Of a DNA stretch of 64,000 bases, positions 50,399-60,281 are shown one piece after another. Numbering within the stretch: position 1 is the stretch's first letter; each line of letters opens with the position of its first letter. Position numbers and translations under genes: made by a program. This DNA comes from Candidatus Omnitrophota bacterium. GTDB lineage: Bacteria; Omnitrophota; Gorgyraeia; Pluralincolimonadales; Pluralincolimonadaceae. Location of the stretch: NCBI GenBank assembly GCA_041651455.1, contig JBAZJG010000005.1, forward strand, positions 3,882 through 67,881. Direction: 5' to 3'. The notes below the pieces were generated by a model. That model worked only from the letters and a program-made list of their open reading frames with translations. It did no database searches and was not told where the DNA came from.

Positions 50399-50427
50399 AA
50401 TATACCCTTTTTTATTAAAAAAGTCAA
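50399..50427 (-). promoter_or_regulatory. Sigma70-type promoter on the minus strand for the 49012-50391 gene. The -10 lies ~7 nt from the ATG (leaderless-type).
   Basis: Minus strand reads TTGACT, 17 nt, TATATT, ttcgtaa, ATG. Plus-strand coordinates: -35 at 50422-50427, -10 at 50399-50404. Confidence 0.4.
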
Positions 50428-50442
50428 GCATTTTGGCCTGCC

Positions 50443-50471
50443 TTGACATTTCTAACCCTATGTGGTATACT
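50443..50471 (+). promoter_or_regulatory. Sigma70-type promoter for cvpA.
   Basis: TTGACA (50443-50448), 17-nt spacer, TATACT (50466-50471). RBS aggag lies before ATG 50492. Confidence 0.5.
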
Positions 50472-50491
50472 TGCTTCCAAATATCAGGAGA

Positions 50492-51028
50492 ATGATCTTG
50501 CCGGAAGCGGTCCAGCGTATAAATTGGGTTGATGTCTTAACCGTAATCCTTTTGCTAAGAACATGTTATATCGGCGCCAGGACCGGCCTATCGGAAGAGG
50601 TCTTCAGGATGATAGGCGTCATTTTCGCCCTGTATATTTCAATGAGTTTTTACTCTCCGCTCGGGAGCAGGATCAATGCGAGTTTTTCCCTGCCTCAGGA
50701 ACTTGTCGACGGGGTTTCTTTTTTAATTCTAATTTTACTGTCTATGTTAAGTCTTAAGTTAGTCGCCCTCGGCGTGACGAAGGTGGTCAAGCTCGCGTTC
50801 GCCGACAAGATAAACCAGTGGGGCGGGTTCATATCGGGATTGCTGAGGGGCGCTTTACTCCTCAGCCTGCTCTTCACGCTGTTCGGGATATTGCAGGTGG
50901 ATTACCTCGTGAAGTCGGTCGAAGAACGTTCCCTGACCGGCCCGTATATAAGCAAGATCGCGCCGTACGCATACCAGGTTGTCGTAAGGAACTCCCCCGA
51001 AGCAATAAAAATAGAAGAACAAAAATAA
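50492..51028 (+). CDS. cvpA: CvpA family membrane protein (colicin V production protein-like).
   Basis: 'MILPEAVQRINWVDVLTVILLLRTCYIGARTGLSEEVFRMIGVIFALYI' and four transmembrane segments. The ATG at 50492 after the RBS is preferred over track start 50462. Confidence 0.75.
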   Translation: MILPEAVQRINWVDVLTVILLLRTCYIGARTGLSEEVFRMIGVIFALYISMSFYSPLGSRINASFSLPQELVDGVSFLILILLSMLSLKLVALGVTKVVKLAFADKINQWGGFISGLLRGALLLSLLFTLFGILQVDYLVKSVEERSLTGPYISKIAPYAYQVVVRNSPEAIKIEEQK

Positions 51029-51040
51029 CAGGAGGATGAG

Positions 51041-52000
51041 TTGAAATTATCGAAGATCTATGATCTCGTGGTAAGGGAAGGTATTGCCGCCGACCCGCGC
51101 GGAAAAGATGCGGTCGCGAAAGTCCTCTCGAAAGCCGGTAGGGATTACGAGGCGCTGAAGGAGAAGGATAAGCAGTATTTCGACAAGGAGAGGCTGCGGA
51201 ACCCTTACGCGGACACGAGGATACTTTACGGCAGCGGCTCTACGGAGGTCAAGCGTATAATCGTAGGCGTCGATATGGAAGTGGGCGAGGTCGTCCTGGC
51301 CGACAGGCTCAGGGAGAAAGGGATGAAGATAGACCTCATACTGGCCCACCACCCGGAAGGCCGCGCATGGGCGAATTTTTATGAGGTGATGAATATGCAG
51401 CCGGACATATGGGCGAAGTTCGGCGTACCGATAAATGTCGCGGAAGGGATAATGAAGGACAGGGTAAAAGAGGTCGAGCGCAGGGTCATGCCGGCCAACC
51501 ATACGCGCACGGTCGACGCCGCGAGATTGCTCGACATCCCCATGATGTGCGCGCATACGGTGGCGGACAACCATGTCGTCTCGTATTTGCAGAAGCTCAT
51601 GGACTCGAAAGCGCCGGACACGGTTGCCGAGGTCATAGACATACTGAAAGAGATACCCGAATACCAGCAAGCGATGAAGGTCAACGCCGGGCCGCGCGTA
51701 TTTTTCGGGGATCCGAAGAACAGGGCGGGCAAGGTCTTCGTGGACATGACCGGAGGCACCGAAGGCCCGACCAACATGTTCGAGAAGCTCGAAGACGCCG
51801 GGGTCGGCACGATCGTCGCGATGCACCTCGGAGAGGACCACCTGAAGAACGCGCAGAAAGGCCACCTGAACGTGGTCATCGCAGGGCACATATCGAGCGA
51901 TAACCTCGGCCTGAACCTGCTCTTCGACAAGCTCGCGAAAGAGGAAAAGCTTGAGTTCATCGGTTGTTCGGGCTTCGAAAGGGTAAGCCGCGGCAAATAA
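51041..52000 (+). CDS. Nif3-like dinuclear metal centre protein (YqfO/YbgI family), tentative.
   Basis: 'LILAHHPEG' and 'VVIAGHISSD' are Nif3-type His motifs. It sits next to dnaG-rpoD as in Firmicutes. Confidence 0.45.
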   Translation: MKLSKIYDLVVREGIAADPRGKDAVAKVLSKAGRDYEALKEKDKQYFDKERLRNPYADTRILYGSGSTEVKRIIVGVDMEVGEVVLADRLREKGMKIDLILAHHPEGRAWANFYEVMNMQPDIWAKFGVPINVAEGIMKDRVKEVERRVMPANHTRTVDAARLLDIPMMCAHTVADNHVVSYLQKLMDSKAPDTVAEVIDILKEIPEYQQAMKVNAGPRVFFGDPKNRAGKVFVDMTGGTEGPTNMFEKLEDAGVGTIVAMHLGEDHLKNAQKGHLNVVIAGHISSDNLGLNLLFDKLAKEEKLEFIGCSGFERVSRGK

Positions 52001-53772
52001 TGGCGTTTTCGGAACAGGTATTAGAAGAGATACAGAGCAAGTCCGATATCGTCGAGATCATCGGAAGCTACATACCGCTCAGGCGCGCCGGAAGGAATTA
52101 CAAGGCGAACTGCCCGTTCCATAAGGAAAAGACCCCGTCATTCATGATTAGCCCCGCGAAACAGATCTTCCATTGTTTCGGGTGCGGCGCGGGCGGGAAC
52201 GTCTTCGGGTTCGTGATGAAGATGGAGAACATAGATTTCCCGGAGGCGGTAAGGACCCTGGCGGAAAAAGCCGGCGTAAAACTCCCGAGCTTCACGCGCA
52301 GCCAGTTCGAGACGAGCAGTTACGCGGTGCAGATATACAAGACGAACGAGATGGCAGCGGCATATTACCGTTCTATGCTGTTGAGCACGGATGCCGGAAA
52401 GCGCGCGGCGGCATACCTGAAGAACCGCGGCATAAGCGAAGAGGCAGCTAAGAAGGCGGGCCTCGGGTTCGCGCCGGACGAATGGAGCGGGCTCATAAAC
52501 TACGCGAAGGGCAAGGGCGTAGACATAGCGGTGCTCGAGCGTTCGGGCCTCGTCGTCCCGAAAGAGGGAGGCGGGCACTACGACAGGTTCAGGAACAAGG
52601 TCATCTTCCCGATATTTGACATAAAGGACAGGGTTGTCGCTTTCGGCGCAAGGGTGCTGGACAACTCGGTCCCGAAGTACATAAATTCTCCCGAGACTGA
52701 GGTCTATATAAAGAGCAGGCACCTCTACGGCCTTAACTTTTCGGTCAAGGAGGTAAAGGAGAAGGACCTCTGCATAATCGTGGAGGGCTATCTCGATTTC
52801 CTTGTGCCATACGATATGGGCGCCGGGAATATCGCGGCTTCCCTCGGGACGAGCCTCACGGACTCGCAGGCGAGGCTTATCAAAAGATATACGAAGAACG
52901 TGGTCATGCTCTATGACGGGGATTCCGCAGGCGAGGCAGCGTCGTTGCGCGGACTGGATGTTTTCCTCCAGGAGAACATCACCGTGAAGGTCGCGGTTCT
53001 GCCGAAGGGTTTCGACCCGGATTCCTTCATAAGGGGCAAAGGACTCGCGGCGTTCGAGGCGCTCATCTCGTCGGCTTCGGACCTGTTCGATTACAAGTTA
53101 GGGATATTGTCGTCGAGATACGACGGCCGCACTTCATCGGGCAAGGCGAAGATATGCTCCGAGATGCTGCCGACGATAGCGAAGGTCTCCGACGCGGTAC
53201 TGAAGTTCGAGTTCATAAGGAGGCTGTCGGAGAAGCTCCAGATACGGGAAGAGGCGCTCCTTTCGGAGATAAAGAAGGTAAAGCCCCAGGACCGCGGCTA
53301 TGAGCTCCCGGAGGAGTTCGCCTCAGAGAGCAGGCCGCAGGCCGCGATGGCCGAGAAGATAATTGTCGGGCTTATGCTCGAGGACCCGGACGTCATAGCC
53401 GAGGTAAAGGGAAAGCTGAAACCCTCGGATTTCGAGGACCAGGCGGCCAGGAAGGTCGTCGAGGAGATATTCGCGAATTACGGCGACGGGAAGTCGTTCA
53501 ACCCTTCCCGGCTCATAAACAAATTGTCGGACCCGGAACTTACGAGGCTCATTGCGGAGTCGACAAGCCTGATCGAAGATATAAAGGACAAGCAGAAGAA
53601 CCTCGAGGATTGCATCAGGTGGATGGCGGCCAAGCACGCGAAGGCGCGGCTCGCGGAATTACAGAACCTTATTAAGGCGGCCCAGGTCATGGGCGACGAA
53701 GGCAAGGTAAACCAGCTCGTCGCCGAATACAGCGGCCTGATAAAATACCAGAAAGAATTTGCCAGGAGATGA
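52000..53772 (+). CDS. dnaG: DNA primase DnaG.
   Basis: Zinc finger '[36 protein letters not shown]' and TOPRIM domain 'IVEGYLDFL...[12 protein letters not shown]'. ATG 52000 overlaps the upstream TAA. Confidence 0.9.
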   Translation: MAFSEQVLEEIQSKSDIVEIIGSYIPLRRAGRNYKANCPFHKEKTPSFMISPAKQIFHCFGCGAGGNVFGFVMKMENIDFPEAVRTLAEKAGVKLPSFTRSQFETSSYAVQIYKTNEMAAAYYRSMLLSTDAGKRAAAYLKNRGISEEAAKKAGLGFAPDEWSGLINYAKGKGVDIAVLERSGLVVPKEGGGHYDRFRNKVIFPIFDIKDRVVAFGARVLDNSVPKYINSPETEVYIKSRHLYGLNFSVKEVKEKDLCIIVEGYLDFLVPYDMGAGNIAASLGTSLTDSQARLIKRYTKNVVMLYDGDSAGEAASLRGLDVFLQENITVKVAVLPKGFDPDSFIRGKGLAAFEALISSASDLFDYKLGILSSRYDGRTSSGKAKICSEMLPTIAKVSDAVLKFEFIRRLSEKLQIREEALLSEIKKVKPQDRGYELPEEFASESRPQAAMAEKIIVGLMLEDPDVIAEVKGKLKPSDFEDQAARKVVEEIFANYGDGKSFNPSRLINKLSDPELTRLIAESTSLIEDIKDKQKNLEDCIRWMAAKHAKARLAELQNLIKAAQVMGDEGKVNQLVAEYSGLIKYQKEFARR

Positions 53773-55364
53773 CTGCAGTGAAGAAGACGGACATTAGGAA
53801 AAGGATAAAGGGCCTTGAGAAGCTCATAGCCCTCGGCAAGGAGAAGGGGCACCTCACTTTCGAGGAGGTAAACAACCTGCTTCCCGAGGAAGTGACGTCC
53901 TCCGAGGATATCGACGAGATATTCGCGGTCCTCGACAAGGAGAAGATCGAGATAATCGACTCCGAAGAGGAGAAGGAGCTCAAGGAAGAGGCGATGGAGG
54001 AGGAGAAGGAAGAGCACCATAAGCACGAGGCAGAGGCAGAAGAGCTCCCCCGCATGGCCGTCATGGAAGACCCTGTCCGCATGTACCTGAAGCAGATGGG
54101 GCAGATCTCGCTCTTGACGCGCGAGCAGGAGTTAGAGCTCGCGAAGAAGATAAAAGAAGCGGAGTTCAGGTTCCGCGAAGCGGTCTTCGAGTGCAAGTTC
54201 TGCAGGAGGGAGATCCTCCAGCTCGTAAACGATATCCTCGCGAGGCAGGTCAACATAGACGAGGTCGTCGATATAGACCCGACCGAGAAGATAGAGAAGG
54301 TCGTGAAGAAGATGCAGCGCCTGACCAAGAGGCTGCGCGGCGCAAAGAAGACGACGAACCTCGTGCCGCTTCTGATGGAATTCAGGTTCTCGACTTCCGT
54401 GGTCGAAGACCTTTCGAACATGATGAAATACCTTGTCGCCGACATAGAGAAGATAGACAGGGACGTCGTCAGGTTAAGGGGCAGGGCGCCGAGGGGGCAT
54501 ATCTCCGGGATCAAGGAGAGGAAGCGCAAGATACTCCGCGATTTCGGCGAGCCGCTGCTGAAGATAAAGGACAGGTTGGCTTACGTTAGGCGCCGCGAAA
54601 GGCAGTTCGAGAGCGCGCAGAAGAAACTCGTCGAGGCGAACCTCAGGCTCGTTGTGTCGATCGCTAAAAAATACACGAACAGGGGCTTATCGTTCCTCGA
54701 CCTCATACAGGAAGGCAATATCGGCCTGATGCGCGCGGTCGACAAGTTCGAATACGAGCGCGGATACAAGTTCTCGACGTACGCGACGTGGTGGATAAGG
54801 CAGGCGATAACCCGCGCTATTGCGGACCAGGCGCGCACTATCAGGATCCCGGTCCATATGACCGAGACGATAAACAAGCTCATACGCGTATCGCGCAACC
54901 TCGTGCAGGAGACAGGCCGCGAGCCGCTTCCCGAGGAGATCGCGCACGAGATGAGGATGGCGACCGAGAAGGTGCGCGGTATCCTCAAGATAGCTCAGGA
55001 ACCCATATCCCTGCAGACGCCGGTCGGCGACGAGGGAGATACGCATTTCGGCGATTTCATCGAGGACAAACGTGCCGTCTCCCCTGCAAATGCCACGGCA
55101 TATTCGATGCTCAAGGAACAGCTCGAGGACGTGCTGACCACGCTGACCGAAAGGGAGAAGAAGGTACTGAAGCTCCGTTTCGGCATCGGCGACGGCTGCC
55201 CGAGGACGCTCGAAGAGGTCGGCTCGATATTCAATGTCACGAGGGAGAGGGTAAGACAGATAGAAGCTAAGGCCCTGCGCAAGCTGCGCCATCCGATACG
55301 CTCGAAGAAGCTCAAGACGTTCCTCGAGATGGGATTGGGCCTGGGAGAGGAGAGTGCTTCCTAA
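53769..55364 (+). CDS. rpoD: RNA polymerase sigma factor RpoD (sigma-70).
   Basis: '[28 protein letters not shown]', region 2 '[50 protein letters not shown]', region 4 '[28 protein letters not shown]'. Confidence 0.95.
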   Translation: MTAVKKTDIRKRIKGLEKLIALGKEKGHLTFEEVNNLLPEEVTSSEDIDEIFAVLDKEKIEIIDSEEEKELKEEAMEEEKEEHHKHEAEAEELPRMAVMEDPVRMYLKQMGQISLLTREQELELAKKIKEAEFRFREAVFECKFCRREILQLVNDILARQVNIDEVVDIDPTEKIEKVVKKMQRLTKRLRGAKKTTNLVPLLMEFRFSTSVVEDLSNMMKYLVADIEKIDRDVVRLRGRAPRGHISGIKERKRKILRDFGEPLLKIKDRLAYVRRRERQFESAQKKLVEANLRLVVSIAKKYTNRGLSFLDLIQEGNIGLMRAVDKFEYERGYKFSTYATWWIRQAITRAIADQARTIRIPVHMTETINKLIRVSRNLVQETGREPLPEEIAHEMRMATEKVRGILKIAQEPISLQTPVGDEGDTHFGDFIEDKRAVSPANATAYSMLKEQLEDVLTTLTEREKKVLKLRFGIGDGCPRTLEEVGSIFNVTRERVRQIEAKALRKLRHPIRSKKLKTFLEMGLGLGEESAS

Positions 55365-56325
55365 GGGTTTGAAGTTATCGCGTCGCAGGTTCATGAGGTA
55401 TTCCTTTGCCGGACTGGCTTTCCTAGCAGCCGGCAGTTTTATTTCCGGGGCCCGCCCGCTTCTCGCGCAATCGGGCGCTTCTAGCGGACGTCCGAAAAAG
55501 AGAATAAAAGGCGAACACGATCTCGTGTGCGCCAGGAATTCGGACCCGTATTCGATGACCGTAAAAGCCATAGGCGCGATGGGCGGGATGGAGAGGTTCG
55601 TGAAGAAAGGCAGCACGGTCGTCGTGAAGCCGAACATCGGCTGGGACCGCACGCCGGAACAGGCGGCGAACACGAACCCGCTTGTTGTCGCCGCGGTCGT
55701 AGAGCTCTGCTTCAAGGCCGGCGCGAAGAAGGTGAACGTATTCGATAATACCTGCAACGACCCGCGCCGCTGTTATGATTCGAGCGGCATCCGGGAGGCG
55801 GCAAAGGGGAAGGGCGCGAACGTATTCTTCCCGGACCTTAAGGACACCGTCCCCGCGAAGTTCCCTTACGAGAGCCCTATGGAGGGCTGGCCGATACTGC
55901 GCGCGGCGCTCGAATGCGATACTTTCATAAACGTCCCCGTGTTGAAACACCACGGCGGACCGGGGCTCACGCTCTCTATGAAGAACCTCATGGGTGTCTG
56001 CTCGGGCAGCCGCGGGCTTATGCATGACGGCCTTGGCAGGAAGATAGTCGACCTGACGGACTTCATAAATCCCGAACTTACGGTGATCGACGGCATAAAA
56101 TACCTCGAGAGGCACGGCCCGACCGGCGGCAGCCTTTCGGATGTGCGCGAGCTCAATACGGTGATCGTCTCGACGGACCCGACGCTCGCGGATGCCTACG
56201 CGTCGGACGCGGCAGGAAAGGGCCCGCTGTTCCTCGAAAGCGTCAGAATAGCCGCGCAACGCAAGCTTGGTAACGCTGATATCGGCAAGGCCGATATACT
56301 TGTAATGGACCCGCGGCTCGTATGA
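55354..56325 (+). CDS. DUF362 domain protein with a twin-arginine (Tat) signal.
   Basis: Tat signal '[31 protein letters not shown]'. DUF362-type body ('[10 protein letters not shown]...[10 protein letters not shown]'). Confidence 0.7.
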   Translation: MLPKGLKLSRRRFMRYSFAGLAFLAAGSFISGARPLLAQSGASSGRPKKRIKGEHDLVCARNSDPYSMTVKAIGAMGGMERFVKKGSTVVVKPNIGWDRTPEQAANTNPLVVAAVVELCFKAGAKKVNVFDNTCNDPRRCYDSSGIREAAKGKGANVFFPDLKDTVPAKFPYESPMEGWPILRAALECDTFINVPVLKHHGGPGLTLSMKNLMGVCSGSRGLMHDGLGRKIVDLTDFINPELTVIDGIKYLERHGPTGGSLSDVRELNTVIVSTDPTLADAYASDAAGKGPLFLESVRIAAQRKLGNADIGKADILVMDPRLV

Positions 56326-57731
56326 AAGCCAGAAAGTGGGTCGCCATCCGCAGGTCCTCCCAGATACTTTCCTTTTTGCTTTTCACGGCCATTCTCTGGT
56401 CGACGACTTACCCTCTTAAGGGCGGCCCCGTGCCCCCCGAAACATTATTCAGACTCGACCCGCTCGTGATCTTCATCACTTCGCTGAGCGAGAGGGTCCT
56501 GCTGCCGGGCATCGTACTATCCTCGATGATGATATTGCTGACCTTGATATTCGGCAGGTTCTTTTGCGGATGGGTATGCCCGCTCGGCGCGGCTTTCGAC
56601 CTTGCAGGCCTGGCGGCAAGGAAGAGGGAAAAGGAGAACGGGAAAGCCAACGCGAGGAACAGGAAGCTCAAATATGTCATACTGGCCGCCGTCGTGTTGT
56701 CCGCCCTTTTCGGCATCCAGGCGGCATGGGTGCTCGACCCGCTCGGTATAATGTCGCGGTTCCTTTCGCTCTCGTTCATACCGTCAGTATCGTCGGCGCT
56801 GCGGGTGCAGTTCAACAATACGTTCATCAATACGCAGTCCATGTCCGTACTGTTCCTCGTCGCTGCCGCCACGGTCCTGGTAAAAAAGCGTTTCTGGTGC
56901 CGCAGCGTATGCCCGCTCGGCGCGATATATGCACTTACGGCAAAAGCCGCGTTACTGAACCGCAGGGTCCGCGGGTGCAGCGATTGCGGGGCGTGCGCGG
57001 CGAACTGCAGGATGGGTGCGATCAGGGATGACTTCAGCTATTCGAAAGGGGAGTGCATCCTCTGCATGGACTGCGTTTATGACTGCCCGGCCGCCGGGAC
57101 GAAATTCGCGTTCGGCGGACAAGACGGGACGCGCGGTGCCGGTACTGACGCGTCGAGGAGGAATATCCTGATATTGATATCGTCCTCGGTGTTGTTGTCG
57201 GGGTTCGGGAGACTCAGGTTTCCCGCGCGCGCTCGCACGGTCATAAGGCCGCCTGCCGCGCTGCCGGAGGATGAGTTCGTCGACCGGTGTATCAGGTGCG
57301 GCAACTGCATGAGGGTATGTATAACGAACGGCCTGCAGCCCGCAATGGGAGAGTGCGGCGTTACAGGCATATGGACGCCGAAACTTGTTCCTGAGATAGG
57401 GTATTGCGAGTATAATTGTACGTTGTGCGGCAACACATGCCCGACCGGCGCGATACGCAGGATATCGCTCGCGCAGAAGCACGATACGGATCTCGGGCTC
57501 GCCGTTGTGGACCGCGAAAGGTGTATATCGTGGGCCGACGGGAAACAGTGCATGGTATGCGAGGAACACTGCCCCGTTCCGCGGAAAGCGATCAAGGCGG
57601 TAGAAGAGGCCGTCAACGGCAGGGTAATACGAAAGCCGGTAGTAGACGGCAACCTCTGCGTCGGCTGCGGCATCTGCCAGAACAAATGCCCGGTGGACCC
57701 CGTAAGGGCCATCAGGGTCAGGCCATTCTGA
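56322..57731 (+). CDS. Membrane-bound polyferredoxin (NapH/MauN-like, multiple 4Fe-4S clusters).
   Basis: Transmembrane helices with 'CGWVCPLGA' and 'CRSVCPLGA', then C-x2-C-x2-C-x3-CP motifs ('CSDCGACAANCR', 'CILCMDCVYDCP', 'CIRCGNCMRVC', 'CTLCGNTCP', 'CVGCGICQNKCP'). Confidence 0.8.
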   Translation: MKARKWVAIRRSSQILSFLLFTAILWSTTYPLKGGPVPPETLFRLDPLVIFITSLSERVLLPGIVLSSMMILLTLIFGRFFCGWVCPLGAAFDLAGLAARKREKENGKANARNRKLKYVILAAVVLSALFGIQAAWVLDPLGIMSRFLSLSFIPSVSSALRVQFNNTFINTQSMSVLFLVAAATVLVKKRFWCRSVCPLGAIYALTAKAALLNRRVRGCSDCGACAANCRMGAIRDDFSYSKGECILCMDCVYDCPAAGTKFAFGGQDGTRGAGTDASRRNILILISSSVLLSGFGRLRFPARARTVIRPPAALPEDEFVDRCIRCGNCMRVCITNGLQPAMGECGVTGIWTPKLVPEIGYCEYNCTLCGNTCPTGAIRRISLAQKHDTDLGLAVVDRERCISWADGKQCMVCEEHCPVPRKAIKAVEEAVNGRVIRKPVVDGNLCVGCGICQNKCPVDPVRAIRVRPF

Positions 57732-57745
57732 AAGGAGAGCGAAAA

Positions 57746-58867
57746 ATGTTCGGAAGGAGAGCAGTGCCGAAGGTAAAATCATCCGATACGATCTACGCTT
57801 ACCTTAAACGCGGGATAAGGGAAGGCGCATCCGATATCCACTGGGAGCCGTACAACGACGGAAACAGGGAGAGCATAGTGATACGCTTCAGGGTAGACGG
57901 GATCCTGAAGGATGCGGGTAAGCTCTCCAGCGAGACGTTCTCGAGCACCGTAATAAACGCGATAAAGATAATGTCCGCGATGGACCCTACGAAGAAGCGC
58001 ACCAACCAGGACGGCCGCTTCAATTTTACGCAGGACGGCACCGGATACGACGTAAGGGTCGCTATCATGCCGACGATATCCGGCGAGAAGGTCGTCATGA
58101 GGATAACGAACAGGGGCACTTACTGCAAGAACATCTCCGAGCTCGGCATGGGCGGGGAAGCCCTGAAAAATTTCGAACAGATGATACACAGGCCGGAAGG
58201 CTTCGTGCTGATAACCGGCCCGTCCGGCGCCGGCAAGACGACGACGCTCTATTCGATACTGCAGAACGTCTACAGGCGCGAGATAAACATCTGCACGATC
58301 GAGGACCCGGTCGAGCTGCAGTTCGCCGGGATAAACCAGATACAGGTCAACTACGAATACGGCATGACGTTCGTCACGGGACTGCGCGCGATAATGAGGC
58401 AGGACCCCAATATAGTGGCGGTAGGCGAGATAAGGGACCTCGAGACAGTCCGGATAGCGTTCCAGGCGTCGCTCGCCGGCTCCATGGTGTTCTCGACGCT
58501 GCACGCGAGGGACGCGGTCAACACCGTGACGAGGCTCATGGACATGGGAGTCGAGCCGTTCTTCATTGCGACCGCGCTGACCGGCATAGTATCGCAGCGG
58601 CTCATCCGCCTCACATGCCGCGACTGCAGCGGCCAGGGCTGCAAACAGTGCAACTTTACCGGGTTCAGGAAGAGGATAGGCGTCTTCGAAGTGCTCCGCA
58701 TGAACGATCCCCTGAGGCAGCTGATATTGAAACGGCCGAATTTCGAGGAACTGAAGGCCGCGGCGATAGGCCAGGGGATGGTGCCGTTCGCGTCGCTTAT
58801 AGAGCCGATGATAAAGCAGGGCCTGACCACTGCCGAAGAGGTCAACAGGGTCCTCGCGCTGGAATAA
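57746..58867 (+). CDS. GspE/PilB-family secretion ATPase, short form lacking N-terminal domains.
   Basis: Walker A 'LITGPSGAGKTTTLYS'. Asp box, His box 'VFSTLHA'. Tetracysteine 'CRDCSGQGCKQCNFTG'. The true ATG is at 57746 after the RBS aaaggagag. Confidence 0.8.
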   Translation: MFGRRAVPKVKSSDTIYAYLKRGIREGASDIHWEPYNDGNRESIVIRFRVDGILKDAGKLSSETFSSTVINAIKIMSAMDPTKKRTNQDGRFNFTQDGTGYDVRVAIMPTISGEKVVMRITNRGTYCKNISELGMGGEALKNFEQMIHRPEGFVLITGPSGAGKTTTLYSILQNVYRREINICTIEDPVELQFAGINQIQVNYEYGMTFVTGLRAIMRQDPNIVAVGEIRDLETVRIAFQASLAGSMVFSTLHARDAVNTVTRLMDMGVEPFFIATALTGIVSQRLIRLTCRDCSGQGCKQCNFTGFRKRIGVFEVLRMNDPLRQLILKRPNFEELKAAAIGQGMVPFASLIEPMIKQGLTTAEEVNRVLALE

Positions 58868-58875
58868 GCCGCCCC

Positions 58876-58897
58876 GGCGCGCCGCGCGCCTTATTTT
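58876..58897 (+). terminator. Rho-independent terminator after the GspE-like gene.
   Basis: Palindrome ggcgcg-ccg-cgcgcc followed by ttatttt. Confidence 0.5.
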
Positions 58898-58942
58898 GGG
58901 CTTGCTAAATCCGACTTAAAATAGTATCATATCTATCACTTT

Positions 58943-59019
58943 GGGCCCATAGCTCAGTTGGTTAGAGCAGCTGACTCATAATCAGCGGGTCATAGGTTCA
59001 AGTCCTATTGGGCCCACCA
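58943..59019 (+). tRNA. tRNA-Met (anticodon CAT; elongator-type, or possibly tRNA-Ile2).
   Basis: Cloverleaf parses as GGGCCCA/TGGGCCC acceptor stem, D-loop AGTTGGTTA, anticodon loop CTCATAA, T-loop TTCAAGT, 3' CCA encoded. G1-C72 pairs, so it is not initiator-like. Confidence 0.85.
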
Positions 59020-59027
59020 AATTTTTC

Positions 59028-59104
59028 GGGCGATTGGCTCAGTTGGTTAGAGCGCCACATTCACATTGTGGAGGTCAAAGGTTCGAATCCTTTATCGCCC
59101 ACCA
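59028..59104 (+). tRNA. tRNA-Val (anticodon CAC).
   Basis: GGGCGAT/ATCGCCC acceptor stem, anticodon loop TTCACAT, T-loop TTCGAAT, CCA encoded. It lies 8 nt after tRNA-Met. Confidence 0.85.
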
Positions 59105-59126
59105 TCTCACACCCCGGGAGCGCCAC

Positions 59127-59861
59127 ATGCAAAAGATTAATGTTGAAGAGCAGATAGGCTACCTGAAAAAACTCCAGGCCGTCGACGGCGATATCTTCCG
59201 GCTGCGCAGGGATAGGGCGTCGAAGCCCAAGCTTATCGAGGACCTCGAAGCGCGCCGTAACGACGAGCAGGCCGCGGTCAGGGGCATCGAGGAGAAGATA
59301 AAGGCGAACCAGGTAAAGCGCAAACAGCGCGAGCTCGACCTGCAGGCGAAAGAGGACGGGGTCAAGAAGCTCCAGGCCCAGCTCTACCAGCTGAAGACGA
59401 ATAAAGAATACCAGACGATGCAGCAGGAGATAGAGGGCCATAAGGCGGACAAGTCCCGCGTCGAGGACGACATACTCGTGCTTATGGAAGAGGCGGACAC
59501 GCTGAATAGGGACCTCGCGAAGGAGAGGGCGCTTTTTGCCGACGCGGAGAAGCACCTGAACGAGGACAAGAAGGTCATAGAGGACGAGATCGCCGCGCTC
59601 GACAAACGGATCGCGGAACTCGAGGCGGAACGCGCCGCCGCGGCCGCTCAGGTCGATAAGAAGGTCCTCGCGCATTACGAGAAGGTATTGTCGGGCAGGG
59701 ACGGTGTCGCGATAGTCGCCGTAAAAGACAACGCGTGCCAGGGTTGCTTCATGAACCTTCCGCCGCAGATGATAAACGAGATCAAGATGAACGACAAGGT
59801 CATCACCTGCGAGAGCTGCGCGCGCATATTGTACATTGAGAAAGAAGCCGATGCGTCATAA
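59127..59861 (+). CDS. Coiled-coil protein with C-terminal C4 zinc ribbon (DUF164/zf-RING_7 family, usual partner of Nif3 and RNase H).
   Basis: Long coiled-coil region, then 'CQGCFMNLPPQMINEIKMNDKVITCESCARILY'. The track start 59034 lies inside tRNA-Val, so ATG 59127 is used. Confidence 0.7.
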   Translation: MQKINVEEQIGYLKKLQAVDGDIFRLRRDRASKPKLIEDLEARRNDEQAAVRGIEEKIKANQVKRKQRELDLQAKEDGVKKLQAQLYQLKTNKEYQTMQQEIEGHKADKSRVEDDILVLMEEADTLNRDLAKERALFADAEKHLNEDKKVIEDEIAALDKRIAELEAERAAAAAQVDKKVLAHYEKVLSGRDGVAIVAVKDNACQGCFMNLPPQMINEIKMNDKVITCESCARILYIEKEADAS

Positions 59862-60267
59862 GCGCCTCGTCATATATACGGACGGCGGTTCCCACGGTAA
59901 TCCAGGGCCGTCGGGCATAGGCGTCATCCTGTGCGCCGAAGGCGGAGAGACCGTAAAGAATATATCGAAGTATATCGGAGAGACGACGAACAACGTCGCG
60001 GAATACATGGCGCTGATATACGGCCTTCAGGAGGCCTTGATTTTAAGGGCCGATGAGGTTATAATCAATTCGGATTCGGAATTGCTTGTAAGGCAGCTGA
60101 AAAAGGAATATAAGGTAAAAGACAGGGACCTTAAGGTGCTCAACGGACAGGTAGAGCACCTGTTGTCGGGTTTCAGGAAATACGAGATAAACCATATCGA
60201 CCGTTCCCTTAACAAGGGCGCGGACAGGCTGGCCGATAAGGCCGTAGGCCAGGAGTCGCTCTTTTAG
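59836..60267 (+). CDS. rnhA: Ribonuclease HI-type RNase H.
   Basis: 'LVIYTDGGSHGNPGPSGIGVIL...TNNVAEYMALIYGLQEA...INSDSELLVRQ'. Confidence 0.8.
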   Translation: MRKKPMRHKRLVIYTDGGSHGNPGPSGIGVILCAEGGETVKNISKYIGETTNNVAEYMALIYGLQEALILRADEVIINSDSELLVRQLKKEYKVKDRDLKVLNGQVEHLLSGFRKYEINHIDRSLNKGADRLADKAVGQESLF

Positions 60268-60281
60268 ATCACAGGATTTGG

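Noticed and set aside
59034-59126. Upstream extension of the zinc-ribbon ORF ('MAQLVRAPHSHCGGQRFESF...').
   Set aside because: The extension is the translation of tRNA-Val itself. The real start is ATG 59127 ('MQKINVEEQ').
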